Part shown: positions 26,243 to 39,803 of the stretch, in pieces
How the letters are laid out: every line of letters begins with the position of its first letter
Position numbering within the stretch: the stretch's first letter is position 1
NCBI GenBank assembly: GCA_024679065.1
Contig: JAGIQG010000006.1
Span: forward strand, 72,726,001-72,790,000
DNA: 64,000 nucleotides
Reading direction: 5' to 3'
Origin: Sphyrna mokarran
Lineage: Eukaryota
The notes under the pieces: model-generated
Databases searched by the model: none
The model's input: only the letters and a program-made list of their open reading frames with translations
Told to the model about the DNA's origin: nothing
Made by a program: the position numbers and the translations under genes

Positions 26243-29200
26243 GAATGGAGCCTGAACACAAAGATACCTTTCACTATAGCACTTTTGTTAGATTTGATCT
26301 TTATGGCTGACTTTGCAAAACAAAGACTTCAACGTCCCTGTCATCATTTCTCAGCTCTGTGCTGTATTTGATCATAATTTCTGGACACAACCACCTAATG
26401 TACAAAACCCACTAAATCCAACTACTGAATGGATGGGACAAGCTTCTTTTGCCATTAATTGAATGAAGGACCAGAAGGTTTCAACTATTTATTTTATTTT
26501 TCAAGACTTTTTATAATTAATTTCACCGAAGCGCTCCCAGCCTTGGTGATAAAGGTTAGTTACACTCTTTGGGAAAGGGGATGGAGGGTGGTACTTTGTT
26601 TCAGTATTGATTAGTATTATGTGTCTTATTATTTCTCCACTGTATTACAAAATTGGTGAGATATTTTTAATAGGACTATCAAGTTAAAAAATAATATTCT
26701 TCACAATTGCCAAAAGTGAAGCCTGCCGATAATGTGAAGCTAAAGCAACAGAAATCTTCAGATTTGATAGGTCCTAGAATGATCATTTATTGGTTTAAAA
26801 TATATTCACATTGTTTTATCTGGAGGCTATAGGCTTGAAAATAACAAAAATGAAATCATTTTACAATATACTCCAGGTATTGTGAAAAATAGGGCAGTAT
26901 GAAACATGCTGACTGGCTCAGGTGTTTCACAAACTGGAAAAACAACCAATCAGAAATTAAGCTCCACAAAATAATTTTATATTCCCTGAAAATTAACTAC
27001 TACAAAACTGACCAATCAAATTCTTGTTCTTTTTGAAACAGAAACTCTTGAGCAGCTAAATTTGCTTGCCAACTCACCACACCATATATCCCTAAAATTT
27101 TAATTTTGTACTGGAACATGCAAAAATGAAGTCTGAACATATTTACTCAACTTATCCATTCCATATTTTATTTCCCACACAATAGCATCCTCTCCTTCAG
27201 GGTGTTTGTTTGCCTTTTGTCCATTGTCCATAGTTTGGATCCATCAGTTAGTCTTTGGGATTGATATGCTTTGGGTCTCTGCACATGCCTTACTGCCCTT
27301 TACCTTCCCACTCTAACTATCAGGCAGTTAAAATACACCCTCAAAATGCTGTCAACCAGCATCTCTGTTACTGCTTCCCAGGCTGTGGTTTTGCCTTCTC
27401 AATCCTATCCTAGATTCTTTGCACTCTCTGATCATTTCTTAAGTGCTCTTGAAATGCTCCCTAATTTGCCTTCCTTCTCCTTAACTGATGAGTGACTATC
27501 TCAATCTACTTAAGCCCTCTTCCACCCTGAAAGTTGGTCCTGGTCCCTGTAAACGCTTCTTACTTTCTGACCTTATTGGTCGCAGTTTCACTTCACAGCT
27601 TTATTGTTTCTCCCTCCCTAACCCTGCTTGCCACATTCTGTCCTATGAGCATTGTTATGGAAGGTCAGCTAATGACTTATGAAAAATAGATTGTTTTGCT
27701 AACATAAAATTCTAACATTATTTCAAGTTGAGGATGGATGAAGGATAAAGCGGGAAAGGAAGTCAACTGTAACTCATCGTCTAATAAGTCTAATGAAGAT
27801 GCTTTATCTATTGTGGTAGTTGGAGGCTTTGTGTGTGGGTTTGTGACTGATGTTCATGATCAGCCTTTACGTAGATTTGAATGTCAACTGGATTTACATC
27901 CAGTGCACCAACACTAATATAGTGCGTCATATGTACATGCACAATAATGGAAGAATAAAGTGAGTTACAATCAAAGGCTGTCATGAACTGTCCAGACATT
28001 GCTGAATGAATCCTAAGATTAATGTACTGCTTCCAATGGACTTATGGCTGCTTCTAAATTACAGTACCTCCTCACTATAATACTTGGATATATCATTACC
28101 TCTGTGGAGCATGTATTGTTTATGGCTCATTCACTAATGTGCCTCTCACTATTCTATTTCTTATATAGCCTCTGAAAATTTATCTTTGGCCCAGATTATT
28201 ATCAGAATTCTGGTTATTCCTGTTTCACTTCGTTTAAGTATTATATCCAGAAAAATCAAGCAGATATCAATAGACTTCCCATCTCTGTTATTTTAAACAT
28301 TGATATTGTTCTTTCATGCCCACACATGGACCTTGCTTCCGTTGAAGTTTACTTTTCCCGTATAATTCTTCCAGCTAACTTTAGGTGACATTTTCTGACC
28401 TCTCTTATGCCAGTTTCTATTGTAAAATTCTGTATGAGATGCTGTGAAGTTTGTCATCAGTCAGTGTTTTCATGGGAAAGAAATGTCGACTGCAGTACTT
28501 TAGTAGCAAGATTTATTCAACAAACTCCTGCAAATTGGAAGCACAAAACCAAATGAAAGAGATAACTGAATTCCAGGGATCAATCTAACAGGAAGTAATC
28601 CTCCACTGAGGATGCAACATTAGGTTTGATTTCCAGTTCTTCTTCAAGTTAGGTAGTTGTTACTAACTCATGATAAACAGATTCTACCGCAGCACAATGG
28701 ATGCACTACGTCCAGCAGCCATTTCAATCTTATACCTCTGGGAGTCTCTCTATTAATTAGTGATATGGAAATCCTCTTCCAGGCTGTGACTGCAGCCATT
28801 AACCGTGTTCCAGTTGTGATCTGTGAATCTTGATGGTCATCCAGGTACTGATCTAATACTAATGGCCAAAAATCACAGAGGGAGAGTTGGGGAGTGGAGA
28901 CCAGAGATGAACTGGGTACTGCAATTAATCTAAAATTGGAAAAGTTGGTCCCTCATCCCACAGTCAATACTTTTGGGGACCATCACTTGAGCAATAAGTG
29001 CTTTTGCATTTGTGGGTTTTATGGACCAGAAATTGAGTTACATCAATTTTCATGTGCCTAAGTTGATCATTCGCAAATTGTCTGTGCCCATTCATGTCCA
29101 GATGGGCATATGCAAATTTGGTTCACTCACCTCCTCTGAATGTTGAACAGTGCCTGACCAAACAGATCCCACACTGCAGTCTTCACAGTGCTTTTAAGTT

Positions 29201-29329
29201 GGGGAGCCCAAATGGATTGCTCACAAACCATGTGGTGTAGCCAGGATGCTCCTGTTAAAGGCAGGCTGTCCCATATAAATAGAAGCTCCACTGAAGAAGA
29301 CTGTTGCAATTTAACTCCTGATAAAATGC

Positions 29330-29490
29330 AAACCAAGACAGAAAGGGAGTTTCAGGATGAAAAATGCAGTTTGGAAGCATGAATGGAGGAGCTGGACAGA
29401 GGAGGATGCTACATTTCCATAGAAACTACTAGGCGCTTGAGGAAAACCAGTGAGAGAGAATGAGAGCAGATGGCCAGGGAGCTTACAATG
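29330..29490 (+). mobile_element. Probable Harbinger Myb/SANT-like ORF relic
   Basis: SLEA*MEELDR...ERE*EQMARE resembles the LEALVEEV..W.QVA.EV pattern. Confidence 0.4.
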
Positions 29491-30599
29491 TTCTCACCTC
29501 CTTTTAGTGCCTTCAAATGGAAGGGATTTTCACTCTTTAAAGGCATTATTTTCTTCATTATTGTTACTTCGCTACCATCAATTTTGGTTAATACATTCCC
29601 CAATTCAATTTTAACTTTCTTGGGGCTTCTAGCACATTGACCCCCTACTTTAAATTCTCCTGCAAAGTAATTATTTGACCTCTCCAGCATTTCCTTATTT
29701 TCATTGACAATATCACTGACATGTTTTCAAGTGGCCCATACTGCTGTAACCACTGTTTGTGGTATTGACTCACATTTTTCCTCCTGAGTCGGGTAGTGTA
29801 GCCAGTAAATATGCTGACTCAACTGTTAAGGAGCACAGAGGAGTCTCTAATTAGCAAAGGGCATGTCGCCCACCTTGTTTTCACAGCCTCTGCTCTAACT
29901 TCCTGTCATACTGCAAACCCCTTCTATTGCTGTCCAATACCTGATATAGTCTTTGTGTGGTTAGGTCACCTACTCCTCTGCCTGTCTACCCCTTCCTCTG
30001 ACACTCCCTCTCCCTCAAATCCTGAGAGAATGCAGAAACACACTCTGGTTAATTCAAGAATTTATCGTAATATCATTAAGAACACTTCCAGATGCTTTGC
30101 AGTAGAAAAAGTTCTTAAAAATGACCTTCTCTACATTTTGGTGCCTGGCTCTTTAGAACATATTTTGAGGTTTGTGGAATGATTTATGGATTTGTTGTAA
30201 GAAAAGGCGTTGTCCAAATTATAGATTTTGGCATCACATCAGCTTATGGATTGTGTTCCCTTCTTAATATCATTGATTCAAGACCTTCCGATGCATACTA
30301 TCGTGTGCACCTTTCTTACAGAATGGGTGTGCAAGAAACTGTCAACAGTGCAAAATAAGTGTCTCAAGGCCTTTATAGTGCCACCAAAATTGGAATACAT
30401 ATTTGTGACATATTACAGATTTACTATGGTTCAGTTTCAGTGGTGTCTCTTTGGTGAATGTAACATACACTGTTAATTCAAATGTTCCTTTCTTACCCAA
30501 TATCTAAGTAAGTTATAGTGATATTACACAGAGAATCCTTGTCACAGCATTCTATTGTTGAAATATACCACTTTAGTCCATAATGTAAAGTTTAAATAT

Positions 30600-31110
30600 A
30601 CCCTCTCAGTAGACATGAATGGATGCTGTACTGTTGGAGTGCAGTCATGTAAAACCAAGGCCATTTTTGCCTTGTCAAGTGGCTATGAACAATCCCATTG
30701 AACTATTTGAAGAACAGCAAAGTTTTCCAAGCATTTTGATTAATATTTTTCTTCAACCAAGAGAAGAAAATAGATGAACTAATCAATTTTCTAATTTAAC
30801 TATGGGACTATACAAATTAGCTGTTATGTTTGCATGCAAAATAGTAACTATCAGTGGAATTTTCGTTGCTCTCCGCGGTGTGTTTTGAGGTGATGCACTG
30901 CTCATTGGATTTTATGGTCCCACTGTTGCCAATGAGGTTTCCCATTGAATGTACACTTCGCAGCTGTGAAACCTGTGGAGGGGATGCACCGTTAACAAGC
31001 CTGTAAAGTCTCGCTATTATGAACGTCAGCAAGATTTCTGCATACTTTAAAAATAATTTTCAGATTGTGGAATGTTTTGCTACATCCAAGGATATGAAAA
31101 CATAATTTAA
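30600..31110 (+). mobile_element. DeuSINE-like (SacSINE1-like) relic interrupted by a MITE
   Basis: atcccattgaactatttgaagaacagca...aatatttttcttcaaccaa resembles the Deu domain; resumes after 31040. Confidence 0.55.
30851..31040. mobile_element. MITE-like non-autonomous DNA element (Harbinger-type)
   Basis: Imperfect termini ggaatttt...gatttctg; core caatgaggtttcccattgaatg shared with 63215-63413. Confidence 0.6.
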
Positions 31111-33892
31111 AGTTTTTTTTTAATATTCTGTATTCCAGACTGCACCTGGTCTTCAAGTCATTCTATAATTTTAGATCTATTGTTTTGATGATTGTTTCTT
31201 ATTACAAGCAAACAATCGAAAAATAATAATGGTGATTTTATCATAGCCTGTCAGAAGGGAGCAGAATGGGTTTGCATCAGATTCCCGTTTTATCTGTTCA
31301 GTCAGGCAGGATATAAATCAGGCTCCAGTCCAAACTTGCTTGACCCCATCTCGTGTATGAGATAAAAATCTGTTTTATTGAGAGAAATTTTAATCTCCAA
31401 AGTGAGTCATTTTGATCAGGTGAGATGTAAATATATTAAAATTCTCAAACCTGGATCCTGTCTGCCTCAAATGTATTCACTTCCAATTTTGATGACAGCA
31501 ATTTGTCTCGTTTTATCTGTCTTCCAGGTTTAACCCTGGCCAACTGAGTTTCCTGGGCCTCAGGAAAACCCAGCAGCAAAAAGGAGGCAAGGACTCCTAT
31601 GTAGCAGAAGTAAATGCCTTTCTGGCACTGTTTGTGGACTATAGGATCAACAGTGTTTCCTCCAAGCCCTGCTTTCTCTCTCTGTTGCTCATATACTATT
31701 CTGAACGATGTATAATATAATGTACACTTTGGTTCCCTATTTCCTCTAATTTAAAATTCTTTTCATTTTTAAATCCCTTTCTGCTCTGATATTTCCTATC
31801 TATTTAACCCCTCCATCATTCCTTTGTATCCTTCTGCCTCTATTTTGTACATCCTTTCCTCCGTTTACCTGACTATAGGGGCCACTTTGTCAACCGTTTA
31901 GGGTCTACATTCTGGAAATCTTTCCTAAACCAATTTTTCTATCTAGCTCCCCCATCTTTTTAAAGGTCCTCCTTCAAACGCACTGCTTGATTAAAGTTTT
32001 GATCATCACACATACTTCACTATCAAGTGTCCTGGGAATTATTCTGTTAAAGACTGTACATATAAGGAAGTTATTGTTCCTTAAATTTTTGCCTGGACAA
32101 GCAAGCTGATTTGATTGAAGATAAAATATAAATATTTTTTGTGGAGAGCCAATATGAAAATTATGATTGTCCAAAGAAAGGATCACTGCAGAGCATTGAC
32201 CCATGGAGTTCTTCATCAGTCTGTATTTTCCCAAGGAGAGTAAGGCAGCTTTGTGTGCATTGGGAATTAAACCTCCTAAAAGTGATATTGGTTTGGGGAT
32301 ACCAGCCAACTCCTTTCCAGTTTTCACTTGAGTAGAAATGAAGACAAGAAGCTTTCAATCTGTTGCATAGGTAATTTGAAAGGTTAATGGGTACTGTTTT
32401 AACCTTCAGTTTTGGATTTTCCAGCCAGGGAGCCTGTATTCTGAACTATCACTAACTTGTCAGAGTCACTGAGGTGAACACACAAGACGAGCTTGTTAAG
32501 TGAAAGTAACTAGCTGGGAAAGTTTTGATCAGTGAAACTGAATAGTTTCAGTCATGGGCGGGTGAAAGGCTGCTGCTCAAAACACTTCTTCTCAGAGAAT
32601 GCTTTAATTGCTAAGCAGGTGATAACTTCTTGGAAACTACTTCACCTGTCCAGCACTTCACTCATTGAGAATCAAGCTTTCACCTGAGTGTGGGACTATG
32701 TTATACAGCGGGACCTTGCATATTTGACAAGATGCAGCACCACCAATGACACCAGTGGCAGCTGGACCACCAACTACATTCTCGTATGTTGTATACCCAT
32801 CCACAGAACAGAGTTGATGGAAATCAGGTTTCAGATGAAAGGAGGTGTGAGACCCTCAGCGTTGGAGAGGATCAACTCTTTGACCATGTCTGGGCACCAG
32901 TATCTCAGGAGGCTCAGACTTTCTCTGCAGATTGCTGTTGTTAATCTTCAGCCTTCTGGAATAAGATCTCCTTCCCCATATTGCAGGAAAGCACACTTTA
33001 CCAGTGGTTGATAACGTACCTGTCACTGAATGATGGCCATCTCTACCCCAACTCCAACCCTGAATCTCTGCCTCTCTCCAAGATTGTATGTCTCTTTTCC
33101 TGCAAGGAGAGGAAGCAAAAAGGTTGTCCACTCCTCCTTATCCTCGGGAGAGCTCACCTCACTTCAGTCTTTCAGAACCAGCAGTAGACCTCCAGATAAG
33201 AATGAGAGACCCAGGGAGCAGCCTTTCCTGTAGCTGCTTTCTCTCCATTCCTGAAGTTGCTGAAAAATCAAAAATTTGCAACTTATGCGGGGGAGATTGA
33301 CTGCCCCTAATACTTCTGGAGGATGAGTCACCCCAAAACTTACTGGAGGTGTGTGAAAGGGAGCCAATTATTTTTTGCAGATCGGTCATCCTTTCCCAAT
33401 CTCTGTGGAGCTGGCCTTGCCCTTTTTTTGGAAAATTCTACCCCACATTTTCAACTCATGTGCAGAATATACTTTAATTTTCCATATCAAGAATTCCCTA
33501 AATTGGACTTAAGTCTTGAATTCACCTTACATTTTTAGATACAATATCCTTCAGCAATGGAGAATTTTCAAAATAAAATGCATGTTCAAGTGTATATGCT
33601 GCTATTCTTATAAACAATGTTCAGTAATGTAACTCTATGAACTTGAGCAAATATACAGACATTTTAAAATCTACTTGGTTGAGCCAGAGATTTTCTCAAT
33701 TCAACATCACAGGGATCAGAGCCAGGCCTTTATGGTACCTCCCTCTCTGGTTATTCAATCCAATTGAAAATGATGGTGTATAATCCTAGTATCCTGCTTG
33801 ACCTGACCTCATATCTAACCCATCTCCAGATTATCACCTATCTCTGTGGCTACCTGATGCTTCCCATCATTGAAACACTTGTTCATTTCAAG

Positions 33893-33980
33893 ATAAAAGC
33901 AAAATACTGTGTTTGCTGGAATCTGAAACAAAAATAGAAAATGCTGGAAAATCTCAGTGGGCTGACAGCATCTGTGAAAG
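33893..33980 (-). mobile_element. Terminal fragment of another short repeat, probably a PLE tail
   Basis: aaaagcaaaatactg..gctggaatctgaaacaaaaatagaaaatgctggaaaatctcag..cagcatctgtg; recognised from memory only. Confidence 0.5.
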
Positions 33981-34197
33981 ATCATCCTAAGGCCTGATTT
34001 CTCCTAGTGCCAGTCCATACAAATTCCAAATTGTGCAGAATTCAGTGGTTTATATCCAAAATCTTGCACATCTACCCATCCCAACACATTGGTCTTAACA
34101 AATATGTGAAGGTTTTTAAATCTTTCAGTGGCTCCATTCTGTCTATGGAAGGGTTTTTTCAGTTCCACCTCCAGGCTTGCACAATTTTTGTTCAGAC

Positions 34198-34501
34198 TGT
34201 GTGGCACAGTGGTCATTACTGCTTCCTCCCAACACCAGGAACCCAGGTTCAATTCCAGCCTCGGGTCACTGTCTCTGTGGTGCTTGTGCATTCTTCCCAT
34301 GTCTTGTATGGCTTTCCTCTGAGTGCTCCAGTTTCCTTCCAGAGGCCAAAGATGTGCCATTTGCCATGCTAAACTGTTCCTTAATGTCAAGGAGAATGGC
34401 AGATAAATACCTGGAGTTATGAGGATAGGCATGGGTGGGATTGTTGTTGGTGCAGGCTTAACAGGCTGAATAGCCTCCTGCACTGTAAGGATTCTAGGAT
34501 T
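34198..34501 (+). mobile_element. tRNA-derived SINE (HE1/V-SINE-like) with CR1-like tail
   Basis: A box GTGGCACAGTGG and B box GGTTCAATTCC; tail ggctgaatagcctcctgcactgtaaggattctagg. Confidence 0.85.
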
Positions 34502-37500
34502 GTACGCCTCCCTTCTCTCTGCTGTAGCACCAATGATAATTTTCAACATTAAATCCTTGAATTCTGGAAAGCCCTCCTTAAAATTCTTTGCTATACTACC
34601 TCTATGCTTCTTGAAAGACTTCTACTAAAGCTTTTTAGGGATTTTTTGATCATTTCCTATTCCTTGCTTAACATCATCATACTTGGAAAGCTGAAACTTC
34701 TTCATGTGGAAGATATCATGTGCATATAGGAACTTGCTGTTGATCATGAAAAGGATCATGAGAGTGGAAGCAAAGAGAAGAATCCATTTTTTAGTGATCA
34801 CCCACTCATGTTTAGCTGAAGAATTTTCAAATGTGAGCCATTGTGTATTTTGGCCAATGTGCATATTTATATAGTTCTGTTTTTGGAAAGGTTTCATTAA
34901 ATGTTAATATTTAATTATTGAGTTCAATTAAATACAAAGTTCCAAATGTCATTGGAAAGGGGTAGAAAAATAAAATAATGCAGGATGTGTTTCCACTCTG
35001 CTAATATAGACATTCTTTCTGGATTCTACAGCACAGCACAGCACAGATTTTCATCTTTATTAGTTTGTGACAGTGCAAACAGGCAAATTAGATTAGAAGA
35101 ATTGGGAGTCTACAAAGGAAGTGCTTGGCCAATTCTTATTCCGTTATGTTAAAAGGAAGGAAAATCCAAATGGCACCGTTATTTGCATGCAGTCCTCTCT
35201 CCCCGATTTTACTCTCTCTATTCCAACAGCTGGTGTTTGACACTGAGGTGGCTCTGGCAAAACTTTGATACCAAGTTCATAACTTTGAGGTAACACCTCC
35301 TGTGAACAATATAATCATAGTTACAACTAGACTGGGTAGCAATCAATAACTTTTGTTAGGATAGAAGGAAAAACTTGCCAATAGATCAGCAATGGATTTC
35401 CTATTTTTACCCCTTCATTAGGGTTGAAGGCAGTAAATCAGGAGGTCAAATTTTTAAATGTCCAAATGTTGCGAATGTCAACTTACACAGAAATGAACTT
35501 GTGATTGGCTATCAAAATAAAACTTTGTTCCAGTGAAAAAAAGTCAATAAATGGGACTTGTATTCACCCTAAGACCAGTGGGGAAATCAACCCTGCTGGT
35601 TATGGCATTGGAAAGCTCTTTTCTCATGGCAGTGAACAGATTAAACTTTCTAAATCCCTGTATTCTTAACATTAAATTTTCCCAAATTGTTTGACACAAG
35701 GCGGATGTCAATCCTGTAATCCATTCCAGGCACTATGCTAAGACTAGTGCTCAATGTATATTATGATTTACCACTGGATCTAAATCCATGGCTGAGCATT
35801 GTTTTAGTTTTGTTATGCTGTCTGAACAAAGCATTAAAAAGATAGTTATGGAGTCACGGACACTGTAGTGACCAACAGTTTTCCATAATTGTATGATACA
35901 TAAGTTTAGATCCTAGACTAATAACTACTTGGCTTGAGGCCAGCAGTTAAATATTTAAACTCTGCAGTCTGCAGCCTGCCAATGGAAAAATGATAAGGGC
36001 ATTATTGAATGACAGCCTAACTTGTTAATGTGCAGTGGTAGTGATGATGTTTGTGCCCTTCAAAGCATTACTTTGCAAGATTATCAAACTTTGACATTAT
36101 AATAGTGCTGTTTATTTTGAAAGGGAAATACAAAAACACACAGGCTATGTGAAAAGCGGACTGATAGTTAAGATGTGAGATGCAATACCGAGCATCACTC
36201 TAGAATGTTGGTCATTTTATAACCTATACATTGGATGTGCTGTCCGCCCTGAGGTATTCATTGCAATGATACTAAGAACTATTCTGTGAAGTGCATTTAT
36301 GTTGTGAGTGATAGTCCTGTGACTGCTATATTTTTATGCACACAATTAGACAAACCTGTGGTCCTAATGACTGCAAATAATGGCCTTAGTTCTATAAGGT
36401 AACACAAACCTAGCACTGGAAGGTGATTGAGTAGGTTTACAAGAGAAATTAAAATTGTTGTACACTTAAATGATTGCTAAGTGTTGGCTATCTTTTTCTT
36501 TTTCCTTCCTCATTTCCTCTCTTCCATGTTAAACTTGTTAAGGCCTCCCCTCTTCCCATCCCCCCAACCCCCCTCTCAGCCCTGCTCCCACATCCACCCA
36601 CCCCAAAAGGAAACCAGCTATGCTTCTCAATTAGATGCAGAAGATGTGAGAATCCGATTTGGGTGTTGGGCTCCTTGGCCTTTATGGTGGATCAACTGAC
36701 TTCCAGGAAGTTGTCCATGACATTGATAATTATGGTTTTTAATGTTGTAGTTAAATCTCTTAGAATAATTGCAAACATTTATTATATTAATTCTTATCTG
36801 CCTATAGTCTTTATACTACTCTTTAGAAAAAAGATAAATGATATGTGCCTGTTAATGGGGTGGTTCCGAGGCATACAGCTTTTCACCCTTACTATCCAGT
36901 TTTCAACTATAGTGTAAGATTTATAGAGCTACCAAATTGCTGTTATAACACAAGCAAGCAAAAAGAAAAAAATGGCTAATTAAGGAATGAGTTTCTTTAT
37001 ACACATGCATTATGTACTACTGAAAGTGCCCTGTGGTCAACATGTTAGCTTTTTAATCCCCTTTTCTTCATTAGAAAAATTGTTATATTTAAAAGTTTCT
37101 TAAAATCTGTAGTTATGTTTTATAACTAATGGATGGACAAATATGCATTTCCATTCCTGTATGTTTATTGGATATTTAAAAGGAATTAGTCACATGTGAC
37201 TACAGTTGTTACAAAAGGTGACAGTAGGACAGAAGTGTAAAATGCTGCAGGACTGCACTGGATATTCATAAGTGTACAAGAAAATAGTTATCTTTGTTTT
37301 AATTAAAGCAAAGACCTTAAACACTGGAAATGTAACCTCAATTAGTCTGTCTCTAGTGGTCTCTGTACTGTAACATAATTCTTTTAATATAACATGCTGT
37401 TTCACTGTTTTGGTCTGTGGTTATTATTGCATTGCATTGTAACTGTAACATTGGTAACTATTGCCAGAATGGCTGTTGGAGGTATAATTTGATAGAATAT

Positions 37501-37554
37501 TTAAACTCCATAGAAATTACTGCTGAATACAATTTGCCATTGAACCCAAGATAT

Positions 37555-39490
37555 AAATCAAGGTCCAAATTCATATCCATTGAATCTGCTGCTCAACATG
37601 ACTGAACTGCCTTGCTCGAAGGTAAGCTAAGATATGCTCGCTGGACTTGTGTAAGAGCGATGAGTTGTCAAGTGATATACATGACGGGCTCATTCTCTCA
37701 GCTCACTGCTTCCACGTATCTATGGGCTGCCCAAGACATGCGCAAATGATGCCTCTTTTTGCACACATGGATTGGCCAAATGGTTAGACGAATTGTTAGA
37801 ACAATTCTCAAGCAAGTTTTCCATATGTTTTCCAGTGAAGGATTCCTTCATATTTGTGAAGACATACTGGGCTTGTGTATAAGTAGCTGTGCTGTGTCCC
37901 ATGAGCTCATTTGACATTACTAGCCCTATTTATCAACATTCCACTTAAGGAAGTGACAGATGTTTGCACTGTCACACTATATCATGTTGATCTAGATCCA
38001 TCGCCATTGCATGAACCAATATTTGCTGAACTTATGAACTGAGAAACTTGCAAAGTTGAATTCAGTTCTAACAACACCATGTATACCCAAATAATTGGTG
38101 TTGCCATGGGATCCACCTTAAGCCCAGCTCTTGCAAACGTCTCCGTTGGAGTTCATGAGTAACTATCTTCCATGAACTTAGATGTAAATTTCTGATATGT
38201 GAATAATATATTTGCTTTATTTAAACCTGCAGCTGCATGTAATAATTTCCTTACATGTCTTACTGCGCTCAAATTTAGCTTTGAAATGGAGCAGTCAAAT
38301 TAACTTCACTTCCGTGATGTACTCGTTGAGAAATATGCCAGAGGTTTCTTTACCACAGTCTGTCGGAAGCCTATCTTTACTGATCAGTTTATGCATTGGG
38401 ATTCTTACAGTTTCATTAGTTGTAAGATTGATCTTATCGGCAATGTTTAAATAGGGCCCAACCATTTGCTCAGCAGGCAAGCTTGATGCTGAAATAAGGC
38501 ACATGAATGGCATCTGCAGGAAAATGGCTACCTCAATCAGACACTATATGCAAATTCCTGTATGGGCCTAAGGCTGTCACTTTCGGCCAAGAAAAAATAC
38601 AGTCTACCTCACGTAACTGTGGAAAGGTAAAGTATCTCAAAAACATGAGGAATAGATGAAGCTAGCTGTTTGATGCTGCTACTATGCAATAGCAACATGA
38701 GTGATATTCACCATTAACAGAATATACTGTCCAACCCAAAAGGCTTGCCTATCTCATACATGAGTAATGTGGCATATAAATTTCAGTGCCAGTGATGCTT
38801 GGCTGTACATCTCAAAGACTGGCAGGCAGATTGCATCAAATAGCATGTCCCTTCCAGTGTTCACAAGGGACAAGGTGCATAACATATGCAATTAGCCCAT
38901 GCTTGCAAAGTACAAAATACAGTATCCAACATTAGATGTGATTCCATGAGTGGACATTTGCTAAATAATCCTTAAGTGTGCTAAAATTTACACTGAAATT
39001 CAGAATCACCAGTTGGGCTCACATTGTAGCTCATTTATGTGTATTGACAGCTAATTATATCAATACACAGGATCCTGTCTCTTTATAGACAGAGAAAAAA
39101 CACGTATGCACATTAAGCCTGTTTCAACTAAACAAAATAAATGACAACCATAAGACATAAAAGCAGAATTAGGCCACTCAGCCCATTGAGTCTGCTCTGC
39201 CATTCAGTCATGGCTGATATTTTTCTTATCCCCATAGATGAAGACCAATTGCTGGTTCATTCCTTCGGGCAATGCCTTGACTAACCAGAGTCAAGCTGCC
39301 TGGTTTAAATTTCAAACAATGCTTGGCATTCTCCATTGTGTTACTCTACCAATCAGAGCACTTGCTAATCAATCAGCACTCTCTTCTCATTCATTCAGAA
39401 CATATTTGGTGATTCCCCTTGCATTCTATTCTTCTAAAAGTCTTAAATGGTGCAAAACAAAAAGATTTGACAAAAAATGTCTCATTCACT
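37555..39490 (+). mobile_element. Second, older Penelope-like family (RT + GIY-YIG + 3' UTR), decayed
   Basis: YGLPKT, GLAKWLDELLE, VKDSF, SFDITS, GVAMGSTLSPALANV, TVCRKPIFT and SNVAYKFQCQ; short CR1 3' insert at about 39150-39235. Confidence 0.85.
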
Positions 39491-39611
39491 AATACTCAAA
39501 TTCTGCACTGACTATAAAATATTAAGCTGCATATACAAACCATGGGAGGGCAGTCAAGAAAGATTCACATTTTGTTTGCTGAGAATGCATGCCTTGCTAC
39601 TGCTTATGATT

Positions 39612-39803
39612 GTAAGAAGTCTCACAACATCAGGTTAAAGTCCAATTGGCTTATTTGTTAGCAAAATCCACTAGCTTTTAAGTAAGTGGGATTAATGCTC
39701 TGAAAACTAGTGGAATTTGCTACCAAATAAACTGTTGAATTTTAACCTGATGTTGTGAGACTTACTGTGTTTACCCCAGTCCAACGCTGGCATCTCTACA
39801 TCA
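39612..39803. mobile_element. Palindromic Penelope-tail mini-element with 12-bp TSD
   Basis: TGCTTATGATTG at 39601-39612 and 39804-39815; arms 39612-39679 and about 39702-39766 are reverse complements. Confidence 0.85.

Noticed and set aside
27954-27959. AATAAA as the TLE4 polyadenylation signal
   Set aside because: A common hexamer in AT-rich DNA; the 3' UTR end cannot be fixed without transcript data
36474-36917. 147-aa ORF
   Set aside because: Low-complexity sequence with no recognisable domain or exon signals
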